From the NCBI GenBank assembly GCA_965237405.1, contig OZ250139.1, forward strand, positions 1,562,820 to 1,626,819: a stretch of 64,000 nucleotides of DNA, read 5' to 3'. Positions 22,005 through 33,459 of the stretch are shown here, one piece after another (position 1 is the first letter of the stretch; every line of letters begins with the position of its first letter). This DNA is from Vicinamibacterales bacterium. Lineage in GTDB: Bacteria; Acidobacteriota; Vicinamibacteria; Vicinamibacterales; UBA8438. The translations under genes were made by a program, and so were the position numbers. Below the pieces are notes generated by a model. The model was not told the origin of the DNA. It was given only the letters and a program-made list of their open reading frames with translations, and did not search any database.

Positions 22005-23606
22005 ATGTGGCGAAAACAACGGACCCGACTGCGGCTACACAAAGCGTCCGCTCTGGTCGTCGGCATCAGCGCGATTCTGTCGGCCGTCGCCTTGCCCGGT
22101 GAAACTTCGGCGCTGACTGGAGTCTTCGTCAAGGCCGAAGCGGAGACAAACGCCATTCCGCTCATCGAGGCCGTCAAAGCCCGGAACCACACTGCGGTAC
22201 GTGCACTCATCTCCAAGCAGATCGACATCGACGCCGCGCAAGCAGACGGCACGACCGCACTACATTGGGCGTCTCACAAGGGAGACCTCGAAGCGGTCCG
22301 ATTGCTGCTCCGCGCCGGTGCGACCGCCGATATCTCCAACCGCTATTCGGTGACACCGCTGTCGCTGGCGTGCGGTCGGGGACATGCGACGATCGTCGAT
22401 GCGCTCCTAGAGGCCGGAGCCGAACCCAACGCGAGCCTGCCAGAGGGCGAGACGGTCCTTATGACCGCCGCACGGACAGGGAGTGTCGATGTTTTACGAC
22501 TGCTCGTGGGCCGCGGCGCCAACCTCGATGCGCGGGAACACTGGCACGGCCAGACCGCACTGATGTGGGCAGCGGCAGAAAACCATCCGACTGCAATCCA
22601 TACTCTCGTTGAACTTGGTGCCAACGTCGACGAACGGTCGTCCGGCGGCTGGTCCGCGTTGCTGTTCGCCGTCCGGGCGGGCCACAGCGAAGCCATGCGC
22701 GCGTTGCTCGAGGCCGGGGCGGACGTGAACGACACGATTCATGCACCGGCCGACAACCCGGAATCGTCGCAGGCAACTGACGTAGCTCCACGGGGCCAAG
22801 CCACGGGAACGAGCGCCTTGGTCATCGCGGTCACCAACGCCCACTATTCGCTCGCTAAGCACCTAGTCGAGCAAGGAGCCGACCCAAACGCCGCGGGCCA
22901 GGGATGGACGGCGCTCCACCAACTCGCCTACACTCGGCGACCCAACTCCGACAAGGGAATGCCACCGGTCGAACGAGTCGACCAACTGGATTCACTGGAG
23001 CTCGGCAAATTCCTCCTACTAAATGGCGCCGATCCGAATCAGCGACAGACCGGACGGTTCAACAACGGCGAGCGAAACAACCTTAATCGGATCGGCGCGA
23101 CACCGTACTTGCTCGCGGCCAAGCACGCCGACCTACCCTTCATGCGCTTACTGGCGGCTCGCGGGGCCGACCCACGGGAGCCGACCGAGGGCAACGCGTC
23201 ACCGCTGATGGTTGCGGCAGGCGTGGGTATTTTCAACGTCGGTGAGAGTGCCGGAACCAACGCGGAGGCGTTCGAAGCCGTGCAGCTCGCCTACGAGTTA
23301 GGCGACCGAGACATAAACCGGACCAGCGATAAAGGCTACACCGCGCTGCACGGTGCGACGCTTCGCGGGGCCAACCCGATCGTGCAGTTCCTGGTCGACA
23401 ACGGCGCCAATCTCCTCGTCGAGACACGTGAGCAATGGACACCGCTCCGTATCGCTGACGGGGTGCACTACACCGGAACGGTCAAGCGAGCCGATCACAC
23501 CGCCGAGCTATTGCGCCAACTCATGAAGACGCATGGCGTCTACTCGACGGAACACGAGCGTGACGTCAATAGCGTGGCCATCGCGAAGCCGCCTGAGTCA
23601 CAGTAG
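22005..23606 (+). CDS. Secreted ankyrin repeat protein
   Basis: Repeated GxTALHWA / TPLSLA / TALMWAA ankyrin units; signal peptide; start placed at ATG 22005 (ORF track starts at 21909). Confidence 0.9.
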   Translation: MWRKQRTRLRLHKASALVVGISAILSAVALPGETSALTGVFVKAEAETNAIPLIEAVKARNHTAVRALISKQIDIDAAQADGTTALHWASHKGDLEAVRLLLRAGATADISNRYSVTPLSLACGRGHATIVDALLEAGAEPNASLPEGETVLMTAARTGSVDVLRLLVGRGANLDAREHWHGQTALMWAAAENHPTAIHTLVELGANVDERSSGGWSALLFAVRAGHSEAMRALLEAGADVNDTIHAPADNPESSQATDVAPRGQATGTSALVIAVTNAHYSLAKHLVEQGADPNAAGQGWTALHQLAYTRRPNSDKGMPPVERVDQLDSLELGKFLLLNGADPNQRQTGRFNNGERNNLNRIGATPYLLAAKHADLPFMRLLAARGADPREPTEGNASPLMVAAGVGIFNVGESAGTNAEAFEAVQLAYELGDRDINRTSDKGYTALHGATLRGANPIVQFLVDNGANLLVETREQWTPLRIADGVHYTGTVKRADHTAELLRQLMKTHGVYSTEHERDVNSVAIAKPPESQ

Positions 23607-23618
23607 CCGAGTTCTGGC

Positions 23619-25745
23619 ATGTGTTCGGCCCCACGATGTGTTCTGGTCGGTGCCGTGTGTGGTCTGGGTGCGTTTGGAATGCTCGTCGAAGCACAGCAAC
23701 GTGCCGACGATGGCGCATTCACAGCCGAACAGGCAACTCGTGGACTCGAGGGCTACGAACGATCGTGTGCCGAGTGTCACGGAGATGACCTGCGAGGTTC
23801 GTCCCACGGCGCGGAGCTCGTCGGTCCACCCTTTCTCGACCGGTGGGAATCGCGCACGATAAACGAGTTATTCGGCTACATCCGAACTAGTATGCCGCCT
23901 GGACTGGCGGGGTCACTAACCGACGAGTCTTACCTCACCATCGTCGCGCACATTCTGCAATCCAATGGTCACCAGTCTGGCTCTCGATCGCTTGAGGCAA
24001 CCTCCGCGGTGAGCGTCGACCCGGCCAGTGGAAATCCGGGGCCGGCTCCAGCTGACGTCAAGGTCTCGGAGGAAGCTGAGTTCGATCCATCGCGGGCACC
24101 ACGTTTCATCAATGCGAAGATCGCAAGCTACGCGCCGGTTACGGACGTACTTCTGCATCAACCGCCGGCTGCAGATTGGCTCTCGTGGCGACGCACGCTT
24201 GATAACCACGGTCATACTCCGCTGAGCCAGATTACCAAGGACAACGTCAGCGAGTTACGGCTCGCGTGGGTCCTGGCGATGCACGACGGCAATAACCAGA
24301 CGACGCCGTTGGTTCATGACGGGGTGATGTTCCTCGTCAACCCCGGCAACGTGATACAGGCACTCGACGCGGCCACGGGCGACGTGATCTGGGTGTACCG
24401 GTACCCCGTCCCAGCCGACGCGAGAGCTCGTGGAGCGACACGCACGATCGCACTGTATGACGACAAGGTCTTCCTCACAACGTACGACGCAGCACTGGTG
24501 GCCCTCGACGCTCGAACCGGCGACGAGCTATGGAAGACGGTCAAGGCCGACTACACCCAGGGGTTCATGCAGGCGGGCGGCCCAATCGTCGCGAATGGCG
24601 TTGTCGTCAGTGGAATCAACGGGTGCGAACGGTACAAAGACCAAACCTGCTTCATCACGGGTCACAACCCCGAGACTGGAGCGGAGCTGTGGCGGACGTC
24701 GACCATCGCGCTACCCGGCGACCCAAACGATGCGTCCTGGGGCGATGTCGCACCGCACCTGCGCGCCGGTGGCGACATGTGGATTCCAGGCAGCTTCGAT
24801 CCTCAGTTGGGCCTTTTCTACATTGGCACAGCACAGGCTAAACCCTGGGTAGCGGCCAGTCGTGGCATGTCAACCCGACAGGCGGCGCTCTACACCAACT
24901 CGACGCTTGCACTGGATCCGCGCACCGGTCAGGTCGAGTGGTATTTCCAGCATGTGCCTGGCGAAACGCTTGATCTGGACATCGTGTACGAGCGCGTCCT
25001 AATCGACATTGACGACCAGAAGTTACTCTTCACGATCGGCAAGGACGGCATCCTGTGGAAGCTTGATCGCGAGACGGGCAAGTTCGTCGACCTCACGGAG
25101 ACGGTCTACCAAAATGTTTTCGAATCGATTGACCGCGAGACCGGACGGGTAACTTACCGGCCCGATATTCGCGAGGCCAGGGTTGGCGATCCAGTCGAGG
25201 CCTGTCCGGGTCTTCTTGGCGGACACAACTGGCAAGCATCCTCATACAGCCCTGAAACCGGCGCACTCATCATTCCGCTCGTGCAGGCGTGCATGACCCT
25301 GACTGGCCGTCCCGTCGAAATGGTGGAGGGCGGAGGCGGCGAGGCCGGCCGAACGGTGCTTCGGGAGATGCCTGGTACGAACGGCAACCTTGGGAGGCTC
25401 GCAGCCTTCGACGTCCGCACCATGGAGGAGCTTTGGAGCCGCGAACAGCGCGCGGTGTTTCTGACGTCGGTATTGACAACCGCGAGTGGGCTAGCCTTTG
25501 TCGGTGATGTCGACCGTCGCTTCCGGGCGTTCGACGTCCGCACGGGCGACATGCTCTGGGAGACCCGTCTCGGTGCCGCCGCCCACGGGTTTCCGATCTC
25601 GTACGCAGCCGGCGAAAAACAGTACATCGCTGTCCCCAGTGGCCTCGGGATCTTTCGCGGACTGACTGGGATACTCAGCCCCGAGATCTACCAGCCCAGC
25701 AACGGGAACGCGCTCTACGTCTTCACGCTACCGGACCGGCCGTGA
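23619..25745 (+). CDS. PQQ-dependent dehydrogenase with N-terminal cytochrome c domain
   Basis: CAECH heme motif with MPP axial Met, followed by a PQQ propeller (DWLSWRRT, TGxxxW repeats, PISY..KQYIAV). Confidence 0.88.
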   Translation: MCSAPRCVLVGAVCGLGAFGMLVEAQQRADDGAFTAEQATRGLEGYERSCAECHGDDLRGSSHGAELVGPPFLDRWESRTINELFGYIRTSMPPGLAGSLTDESYLTIVAHILQSNGHQSGSRSLEATSAVSVDPASGNPGPAPADVKVSEEAEFDPSRAPRFINAKIASYAPVTDVLLHQPPAADWLSWRRTLDNHGHTPLSQITKDNVSELRLAWVLAMHDGNNQTTPLVHDGVMFLVNPGNVIQALDAATGDVIWVYRYPVPADARARGATRTIALYDDKVFLTTYDAALVALDARTGDELWKTVKADYTQGFMQAGGPIVANGVVVSGINGCERYKDQTCFITGHNPETGAELWRTSTIALPGDPNDASWGDVAPHLRAGGDMWIPGSFDPQLGLFYIGTAQAKPWVAASRGMSTRQAALYTNSTLALDPRTGQVEWYFQHVPGETLDLDIVYERVLIDIDDQKLLFTIGKDGILWKLDRETGKFVDLTETVYQNVFESIDRETGRVTYRPDIREARVGDPVEACPGLLGGHNWQASSYSPETGALIIPLVQACMTLTGRPVEMVEGGGGEAGRTVLREMPGTNGNLGRLAAFDVRTMEELWSREQRAVFLTSVLTTASGLAFVGDVDRRFRAFDVRTGDMLWETRLGAAAHGFPISYAAGEKQYIAVPSGLGIFRGLTGILSPEIYQPSNGNALYVFTLPDRP

Positions 25746-25822
25746 CCGCGACGACTTGACTTAGGCTTGAGAGCCGATGGCATGGGTTGATTCTAGACCC
25801 AGAGACAGTGACGGACTCGGTT

Positions 25823-27187
25823 CTAGTTGGCTTGGCGGCGAATCCCGTAGACGTGCGAACCCGTTCGCAAGACAAGTGTCAAACCGGCGACCGCTGGCGA
25901 AGCGAGTGACATTTCCCCGATGACATTCTTGCCGATCAAGCGGTAGTCGAGGCCGGCATCGATTACGTAGGTGTCGCCGTGTTCGCTAAGCGCGAAGATC
26001 TTACCGTTGTAGGCCCAGGGCGAGGCGGTAAACGTCGCGCCCGTTTCGATCCGAACTCGATCGTAGATGGTTTGCCCCGTCCGCGCGTCGTGTGCGGTGA
26101 AGAATCCTCGGTCATGCAGCGTGTAGTAGATGCCTCGGTAAAGGAGCGGTGAGGGGTTGTACGACGCCACGCGCGGCTGATACCAGCGAATGTACTCATT
26201 GACCCGCTGGTTGGGCCTCAATGAAATGTCGCCCTCGGCCCCGGGCAGCACGGCGTACACCGGACGATGGTTGTCTCCCACATAACCCGAGCTCACGTAG
26301 ACAGTCCCGTCGCCCGGCACCGGCGTTGGAATCGTCACCTCGGTCATTCGTCCAGAGAAAAACCAAAGCAGATTACCCAACGGATCGTAAGACCGCACCT
26401 TGTTCTGGCCGACCGTGATGATCTCGGTTCGCAGGTCGTTCCTCCACACGACTGGTGTCGAAAACCCGCTACCCTCGTCCCGCGCCACCCGCCAGTTCTC
26501 GATCCCCGTCGCCGTATCAAACGACACTAAATACGACTCGTCGTCGTTGTCGTGCAGAACAAGGAGTTGATCATCGAGCAACGTTGGCGAGGAGCCGGTG
26601 CCCACGTGCCCTCGGTCCGACCGGGGCTCCAACTCGCGGGACCACACCAAAATGCCGTCGTAATCGTAGGCAAAGAGCCCGAGGTTTTCGAAGAGCGCGA
26701 AAATTCGCTCGCCGTCAGTTGCCGGCGTGGCGGACGCGAAGGAGTTCTTCGGGTGTATGGATGACGGCGCCGGTCCTGCGTGCGCTGTCCCTTGCCAGAG
26801 TAACTGACCGCTCCCTAGGTCCAGACAAAACACCATCCACGAGTGGAGTCCGGGCGGGGGTTTCCCTTCAACGTAGGCACCGGACTCGGGCAACCATAAC
26901 CCTGGCTTCGGGTCCTCGTATTCCTCGTCGGAAATGACCGACGTGAGGAAGACGCGGTCACCCCACACGATCGGACTCGACCACCCGCGCCCAGGAATAG
27001 CGGTTCTCCACGCAATATTATTGGTCGCACTCCACGTTTCGGGAAGCTGCGGGTCATCTGGAACAACGCCAGTTCTCTTGGACCCACGGAATTGTGACCA
27101 ATTGTCTGACTCAACGGAGGCGAGTGGTAGGGCAATCGATGTAAGTAATCCCACTGCGCAGAGGGAAACGCGAAAGGATCCTCTCAC
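25823..27187 (-). CDS. PQQ-like (BamB-type) beta-propeller repeat protein
   Basis: NWSQFRG, WRTAIPGRGWSSPIV, ASATP and FTASP repeats; start placed at GTG 27187 to avoid overlap. Confidence 0.8.
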   Translation of the reverse strand: MRGSFRVSLCAVGLLTSIALPLASVESDNWSQFRGSKRTGVVPDDPQLPETWSATNNIAWRTAIPGRGWSSPIVWGDRVFLTSVISDEEYEDPKPGLWLPESGAYVEGKPPPGLHSWMVFCLDLGSGQLLWQGTAHAGPAPSSIHPKNSFASATPATDGERIFALFENLGLFAYDYDGILVWSRELEPRSDRGHVGTGSSPTLLDDQLLVLHDNDDESYLVSFDTATGIENWRVARDEGSGFSTPVVWRNDLRTEIITVGQNKVRSYDPLGNLLWFFSGRMTEVTIPTPVPGDGTVYVSSGYVGDNHRPVYAVLPGAEGDISLRPNQRVNEYIRWYQPRVASYNPSPLLYRGIYYTLHDRGFFTAHDARTGQTIYDRVRIETGATFTASPWAYNGKIFALSEHGDTYVIDAGLDYRLIGKNVIGEMSLASPAVAGLTLVLRTGSHVYGIRRQAN

Positions 27188-27194
27188 CTGGCCC

Positions 27195-28241
27195 TCACGG
27201 CTGGGAGCCCGTAGCGAACTCCGCCATCCGCGCACCGGACAGAAGGTTTTCCATACCGTAATTACCCTCGTGACATGCATACTCGAAGATCGGCACCTTC
27301 CCCTTCTGCATCTGCAGCGCGCCAGTGAACGGCTCAGTGAAGGTTTCGGGGTCCTTTACCGTGAACTCATAGTGCAATGTGTCGAAGTCCACCATCGTGA
27401 ACCGCTCCGTCAAGTGTAGGGTTGTGCCGGTACCCAGTGCGACAAAGAATCCGGCATTAAAGCTTGGCACCCGATCGCTGAAGTTCCTCGTCTCAATCAC
27501 CAACGTATCGCCATCCCAGTAGCCCCGGCCATCTCCCAGCCACTGGCGTACGACACCCGTAATGTGCGGGCGTGCATCAAGGGGAATGATTCGAATTTCG
27601 TGGACCATCTCGGTCAGGATGGCCACATAATCTCGCGTCTGGAACAACTGGAGGTTCTGGTTGTAGGCGCCTGGCAGAATTGGAGGTCCGGAATTGAACC
27701 CCAGAATGCAACGCTCCGCCACTCCGCGGTCCTCGGGACCGTCGGCGCCAATGCCGCCCGTCCGGTAGCGAACCGGACGCTCGCCAGGCAGGTCCTCGAG
27801 AAGCGACCCGACCTGCCTGAGCACATTTGGCTGTAACTCAGGAACGCGACCGGTCGGCGGGTCAATGATCAGCGATGTACGACGATCATTGACGACCCGA
27901 GCACCCCGGTCGAGCCAGAAGCGGTTATAACCACCCACGGGCTGACCGGCGGGCAGGGTCTCGGTTCGGACCTCGCTAGGAGCGTCTGCCCGTGCCACCC
28001 TTGTGGCGGCCCGAAGTTCAAGATCTGCGGCTTCCTCTTCGGTCAGCACGGCCTTGTCTTGATCCTCGGGGCGCTGCAGCGGTGTCATCGTCCGAAAATC
28101 CCATACACCCGACAGATCGGGACGACCCTCCGTGGTGCGCGGGACCGGCCAGCCGTCTGTCTTGCTCTGGGCCGCAGCGTGACTCGGATTGAAGGCAATG
28201 CTTAGCGCGAATACCGCTAAAGCCATTTGTCGCATGCTCAT
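27195..28241 (-). CDS. Uncharacterised secreted protein, EYACHEGNY family, paralog 1
   Basis: Signal peptide; PDLSGVW..TPLQRP, GRGYWDGDTLVIET and C-terminal FEYACHEGNY. Confidence 0.8.
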   Translation of the reverse strand: MSMRQMALAVFALSIAFNPSHAAAQSKTDGWPVPRTTEGRPDLSGVWDFRTMTPLQRPEDQDKAVLTEEEAADLELRAATRVARADAPSEVRTETLPAGQPVGGYNRFWLDRGARVVNDRRTSLIIDPPTGRVPELQPNVLRQVGSLLEDLPGERPVRYRTGGIGADGPEDRGVAERCILGFNSGPPILPGAYNQNLQLFQTRDYVAILTEMVHEIRIIPLDARPHITGVVRQWLGDGRGYWDGDTLVIETRNFSDRVPSFNAGFFVALGTGTTLHLTERFTMVDFDTLHYEFTVKDPETFTEPFTGALQMQKGKVPIFEYACHEGNYGMENLLSGARMAEFATGSQP

Positions 28242-28296
28242 TCCGATACCTCCTGGATACCACGTGGAGCGGCCACTAGCTTATACCCAAGAAATT

Positions 28297-29461
28297 TCAA
28301 CCGCCGGTCACGGCACGTCGCGGCAGCGTAAAGACGTACATCGCGTTCGTTCGATCGCCCCTGACCGGAACCGCGAGTTACTGCCGGCCGGCGACGGCGT
28401 AAGTAATCGGGAAGCCCTGCACCGGAGCAGGCAAACGCGTATAAAAACAAGACCGTACCCGTCACCACATCGTGGATATAGAGATTTCTGTCGGAATCTG
28501 AACTGAGTAATAGGACTCCTCCTGTTGTCAACGTGGCAGCCATCGCGTGGCACCACAGGATTCGACCAGTTCCGATGTCCATCGCGATCAAGTGCCCGCG
28601 ATGATCCGGACTATCTGGGTGTGTCGTGCTCCCTCGCGAGATGGTGGCCCACGGCTTCGCCTGCGACGTCGACCAGTACGTTAGGTTGGTTTCCGGATAG
28701 TAGCTCCCGGGAATCCACGCGTCGCCACACGCACAAAACATCAACGGTAGGTCACCCCATGTGTCACCCCGGGGTCTCCTGGCCGCGCAATGGTCGACGT
28801 CCGCCACAGTTCGGTACCAGACTCGACGTCGTGGGCGGAAATGAAGCAGACGTCGTTCTTATAGCGCTCGCACCCGGTCATGCCAGCCACGATCTTGTCA
28901 TTCGCGATGATCGGCCCGCTGGTGTATCGATAACCGAACGCGTTGTCAGCGACCTCCTGGTCCCACACGACCTCTCCGGTCCACGCGTCGAGCGGGAGCG
29001 ACGATGTGGGCGTCCGCGGTGTTCATGTAGATCTTGTCGTCGTAAATCGCGATGGACCGGCTACGCGGACTCAAGACCGATTCCGTGAGCTCATCGAACT
29101 CCCGTTGGTACTCCCAGAACCGATCCCCGGTGGCCCCGTCCAACGCCTGCACCACAGCGGGGATTGGGAAGATACATGACGCCGTCGTAGACAAGCGGAG
29201 TGGGCCGTTAACACCGGAACCCATCTGCCACGCCCACGCGAGCTGTAGCTGGTGGGCGTTATTAGTGTTGATCTGATCGAGCGTACTGTAGCCCCAACCA
29301 TCGAGCGTCCGTCTCCAGTTCAGCCAGTCGGCAGGATCGGGGCTTTGGAGCATTGCATCAGTGACAGGCAGTCAAGCGCTTCCCTGGGTATTTAACGCCA
29401 CGACACCCCCAATGCTAGGAGCGCTGCGATGAAGGCCCGTCCGTGCTGGATGGTTTCGCAT
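28297..29461 (-). pseudogene. Decayed PQQ dehydrogenase (paralog of 23619..25745) with frameshifts and internal deletions
   Basis: Ordered fragments in different frames: DWLNWRRTLDGWGYS, GCERYKNDVCFISAHD..WRTSTIARPG, QAKPW, NAMYVFTLP; only ~1.2 kb. Confidence 0.85.
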
Positions 29462-29668
29462 GAAAGTCTCCTTCTGGGTCATGCACGGCTCTACTGAGCC
29501 CAGATCCCTCCGCGCGGCCGCCTAGTAGAGGCCGCAGATCTGGAGAACTCTTGTGCTTCATAATCTCACAGACAGCAAGTTACATCCGGGCTACAGCTGT
29601 GACTTGGCTGTCACCTATACCCCCATCCGAGCTATCGTCATGTGGATAAATTCGAAACCTGACAACGC

Positions 29669-31975
29669 ATGACGACTCCGTTCCAGTCGACACGTCTGCT
29701 CTTCGCCTTCACGCTCGTCGTCGTTCTTTCGACACGAGGCTTCGCCCAGGAATCTGAGCTGCAAGTTCAGCAAGAAACAGTGGCACGCGCAACGACCCCG
29801 GCAGGAATTCCTCTCGCACATTCCGTGCGAACGACGACCGCACCTGTAGTCGACGGCGCCATCCTGAACGACCCAGCGTACGCGAATGCGCGACCGGTTT
29901 CTGGATTTCTCCAGAACACGCCAGATGCAGGACGCCCCGCGTCCGAACGTACCGAAGTCCGGATCGTCCACACCAACGACACCATTTTTTTCGGCGTGAT
30001 CTGCTACGTGCGCGACCCGAACACCATCATCATCGCAGACAGCCGCCGCGACTCGTCGCTCAACGAAACAGACAGTTTTCAGATCATTCTTGACACTTAT
30101 CTCGACAAACAAAACGGCTTTGTCTTCGGTACGAATCCGGCTGGAATCGAGTACGACGGTCAGGTCACAAACGAGGGACAAGGAAGCGGTCGCTTCAGGG
30201 GTAGAGGAGGCGGACGCCGAACCGGAGGCAGCCGTCAGCAGCGGGGATCGGGTGGAGGCTTTAACCTTAACTGGGACGGCGTGTGGCAGGTCAGCACGAA
30301 AGTGCTGGATTACGGTTGGACTGCTGAGATCGCAATCCCGTTCCGAACACTGCGCTATCCGACGGGTGAGAAACAGACCTGGGGCATCAATTTTCAGCGC
30401 AATATCCGGCAACGGAACGAGCGGTCGTACTGGGCACCGCTGCCGCGGCAGTTCGATCTCAACCGTATTTCACTCGCCGGCGAGCTGCGAGGCCTCGAGG
30501 TTCCAACACAGCGCAACATGAAATTCACCCCGTATGTGCTGGCTGAAGCCATGCACAGAACGGAGACACTACGAACGACACAAGTCGGTAATGTCGGCGC
30601 CGATTTCAAGTACAGCATTACACCCAGCCTAACGCTCGATGCCACTTACAACACGGACTTTGCGCAGGTCGAGGTGGACGACGAGCAGATCAACCTGGAC
30701 CGCTTTAATCTGTTCTTTCCCGAGAAGCGACCTTTCTTCCTCGAGAATGCAGGTCTGTTTTCAGTTGGTGAACCTGGGCAGGTAGAGATCTTCTTCAGCC
30801 GCCGCATCGGGCTCGGAGAAAACGGCGAACAGATCCCGATTCTTGGTGGCGGACGGCTATCGGGCAAGATCGGAAACACGAATATAGGAGTGTTGAACAT
30901 GCAGACCGGATCAGTTGATTCAACTGGAACCCCGTCGCAGAATTTTAGTGTGGCACGCGTACGCCAGGATTTCGCGAATCGCTCCAACATCGGTGCGATT
31001 GTGGTCAACCGACAGGCGATGGGTGACCTCACACCGAACCGGGATTCCAACCGCGTCTTTGCTGTCGATGGGCTCCTTGGTATCGGACAGGGGGGAACGG
31101 TCTCTGGTTTCCTCGCCCAAACCGAGACGCCCGGCGGTGAACCCCAAGACACTCACGCCTACGGGATCTCAGCCAGACACGACTCCGAGCGAACTCGCTT
31201 AAGGATCGGTTACACGGAAGTCGCGCCAAACTTCACGCCAGAGGTCGGATTCCTGGCGCGCGAAGGCTACCGGCAGATGAGCGCCAGCGTCTTTACTTTC
31301 TTTCGCCCGGACAACTCGCACGGCATCCATGAGTTCAGACCGCACGTCAACCACACCACGACGCTCGACTTCACGACCGGCCTCCACGAGAGCCAGCGAA
31401 CTCACGTCGACAACCACATTGAATGGACTAATGGCTACGAGATTCGCACAGGCATGAACATCACACGTGAGGGAGTGTTCGAACCCTTCCCGATTTCTCC
31501 CAACGTCACCGTTCCTGCTGGGCGGTACGACCATCAGGAGGCACAGATCGGCTTTAACACCAATCAGGGAGCGCCTGTGAGTTTCGAGATGCGCACATAT
31601 ATTGGCGGCTTCTTTGGCGGTAACCGCACCGAACTCCGCCCGTCACTGTCGGTTCGAACAGGGGAAACGCTTAGCGCACAGGTGGAATGGGGCTACAACG
31701 ACATCCGGCTACCCGGAGGAAACTTCGTGACTAACCTTGGTCGCATCCGAATCTCGTATTCGTTCTCGACCCGGATGTTCGTGCAAGCATTAGTCCAGTA
31801 CAACGACTTGGCCGACCTCTGGTCGTCGAACGTTCGCTTCGGTCTGCTATCTGATGCCAACACCGGCCTGTTCATCGTCTACAACGACATCCAGGGATTT
31901 GGGAGCCGGAACCCAATCGGGGCAGGCCAGACCCTGACGATCAAGTACAGCCACCTCTTCGACATCCTTCACTAG
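29669..31975 (+). CDS. DUF5916 / CBM9-like outer-membrane protein
   Basis: Signal peptide; GWTAEIAIPF and NTDFAQVEVD..LFFPEKRPFFLE; beta-barrel-like C-terminus. Confidence 0.85.
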   Translation: MTTPFQSTRLLFAFTLVVVLSTRGFAQESELQVQQETVARATTPAGIPLAHSVRTTTAPVVDGAILNDPAYANARPVSGFLQNTPDAGRPASERTEVRIVHTNDTIFFGVICYVRDPNTIIIADSRRDSSLNETDSFQIILDTYLDKQNGFVFGTNPAGIEYDGQVTNEGQGSGRFRGRGGGRRTGGSRQQRGSGGGFNLNWDGVWQVSTKVLDYGWTAEIAIPFRTLRYPTGEKQTWGINFQRNIRQRNERSYWAPLPRQFDLNRISLAGELRGLEVPTQRNMKFTPYVLAEAMHRTETLRTTQVGNVGADFKYSITPSLTLDATYNTDFAQVEVDDEQINLDRFNLFFPEKRPFFLENAGLFSVGEPGQVEIFFSRRIGLGENGEQIPILGGGRLSGKIGNTNIGVLNMQTGSVDSTGTPSQNFSVARVRQDFANRSNIGAIVVNRQAMGDLTPNRDSNRVFAVDGLLGIGQGGTVSGFLAQTETPGGEPQDTHAYGISARHDSERTRLRIGYTEVAPNFTPEVGFLAREGYRQMSASVFTFFRPDNSHGIHEFRPHVNHTTTLDFTTGLHESQRTHVDNHIEWTNGYEIRTGMNITREGVFEPFPISPNVTVPAGRYDHQEAQIGFNTNQGAPVSFEMRTYIGGFFGGNRTELRPSLSVRTGETLSAQVEWGYNDIRLPGGNFVTNLGRIRISYSFSTRMFVQALVQYNDLADLWSSNVRFGLLSDANTGLFIVYNDIQGFGSRNPIGAGQTLTIKYSHLFDILH

Positions 31976-32271
31976 TGACCTGAAGCCGTTCAATAAAGAG
32001 CATCGCCACGGCGATCATGCTGCCGCCAGCGAGAACCCCCGATTGTTATCCTTCCCGGCAAGCACGAACACCGGGCAGCGACCTGGCGCCTGTGGTGAAC
32101 CGTCGGAATACCGTCCCGCAAAAGTAGCCACCCCGGAAAAACGGCGAGTGGAGCTGTCCGACCTGAGGTTGGTGAGGTCCATTCGCACGACCGTCGCTTG
32201 ACAAGCGGCAGGCTTTCTGCGAGCGTCGCGAGGACCAACCACAGGACTCGTCGGTTAGCGCAGGATGGGAT

Positions 32272-32430
32272 ATGAGCCCGAAGCAATCAAGCAGGCGCCG
32301 ATTTCTGAAGAAGGGTGCTGCCGTCGCAGGTTTTGCCGCACCGGGCAGACTACCAGGTCCCAGAACCCTGGATACCAGGAACGCCGAGAGGGTTCAAGAT
32401 TCTGCCGTGACCCTCAAGGACGGCTACTAA
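32272..32430 (+). pseudogene. Remnant ORF consisting mainly of a Tat signal peptide
   Basis: MSPKQSSRRRFLKKGAAVAGFAA... ends after 52 aa; SD-like AGGATGGGA upstream. Confidence 0.4.
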
Positions 32431-32509
32431 AACTGGACGTCTGTGTTTAAACGAAATTATCGTGGGCCTAGGTGGATTGAAGGTGCATAAGGCACCTGAG
32501 GCAGGAACA

Positions 32510-33433
32510 ATGAATATCACCGCTTTACGACGTCACAGCCAGATGGCTCTACTGCTCACGGCCGTAACCTGGCTGCCTGGAACAACAAGCCTTGATGCAC
32601 AATCCTCGGAACGTCAGATGATCGTGTCGGTCCTCGACGACGATGGGGCACCAGTTGGCGACCTCGAAATTCCTGACTTTGAGATTCGTGAGGACGGAAC
32701 CATCCGCGAGGTGCTCCGGATTGAGCCGGCCGGCGCGAACCGACAGATCGCATTGCTGGTCGACACAAGCACGGCGGCCACGCGGGCACTCTCCGATTTT
32801 CGGAGCGGTCTGACGGCCTTCGTCGACGGCATGCACGACGGAAATCAGATTTCGCTCATCACATTCGGCGGACCGCCTCGTATTCGGGTCGAGTCGACAT
32901 CGAGTGCCGACCGGCTGCGAGATGCCGTTGGTGAAATCTTTGCGCTGCCCGGCCAAGCGGCGTACATGCTCGATGCGATGTCTCAGGCCGCGGAAGGCTT
33001 CACGCGTCAAGGCGTCGCCCGGCCTGTTATAGTGGTGTTGACGACGGAGGGCCTTGAGGGCAGCAATGCGAGTTCAAGGCAAGTCCTCGAACGACTCAAT
33101 GAAAGTGGATCAGCAGTCTACACTCTCCTCCTACGGGGTCGGCCCGGCGGATTGGGTGCCGGCGCGAACTTCTCAACCCGCCAGTTTCGGGATCAAGAAA
33201 TGGAGCGCGATCTCGTGTTCGTGCGGGGAACGGGCGACAGCGGCGGACACCATCGAGAGCTGTTGGTGAGCACGGGCATTGAAGAAGCGATGAACGATAT
33301 CGTCGCCGAACTGCGTAATCAGTATCTGGTGGTCTACTCCCGGCCCAACACCCTCATTCCTCCCGAAGAAATCACGGTGAGTGTCACGAAGGCTGGTCTC
33401 ATTGCGCGCGGCACCCCGCTCCGAACCGAATAG
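32510..33433 (+). CDS. Secreted VWA domain protein
   Basis: VSVLDDDGAPV..DFEIREDG, LLVDTS, VVLTTEG and ELRNQYLVVY; start placed at ATG 32510 (ORF track starts at 32462). Confidence 0.8.
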   Translation: MNITALRRHSQMALLLTAVTWLPGTTSLDAQSSERQMIVSVLDDDGAPVGDLEIPDFEIREDGTIREVLRIEPAGANRQIALLVDTSTAATRALSDFRSGLTAFVDGMHDGNQISLITFGGPPRIRVESTSSADRLRDAVGEIFALPGQAAYMLDAMSQAAEGFTRQGVARPVIVVLTTEGLEGSNASSRQVLERLNESGSAVYTLLLRGRPGGLGAGANFSTRQFRDQEMERDLVFVRGTGDSGGHHRELLVSTGIEEAMNDIVAELRNQYLVVYSRPNTLIPPEEITVSVTKAGLIARGTPLRTE

Positions 33434-33459
33434 ACACGATCCGGGCAGCGCAATCAGAG

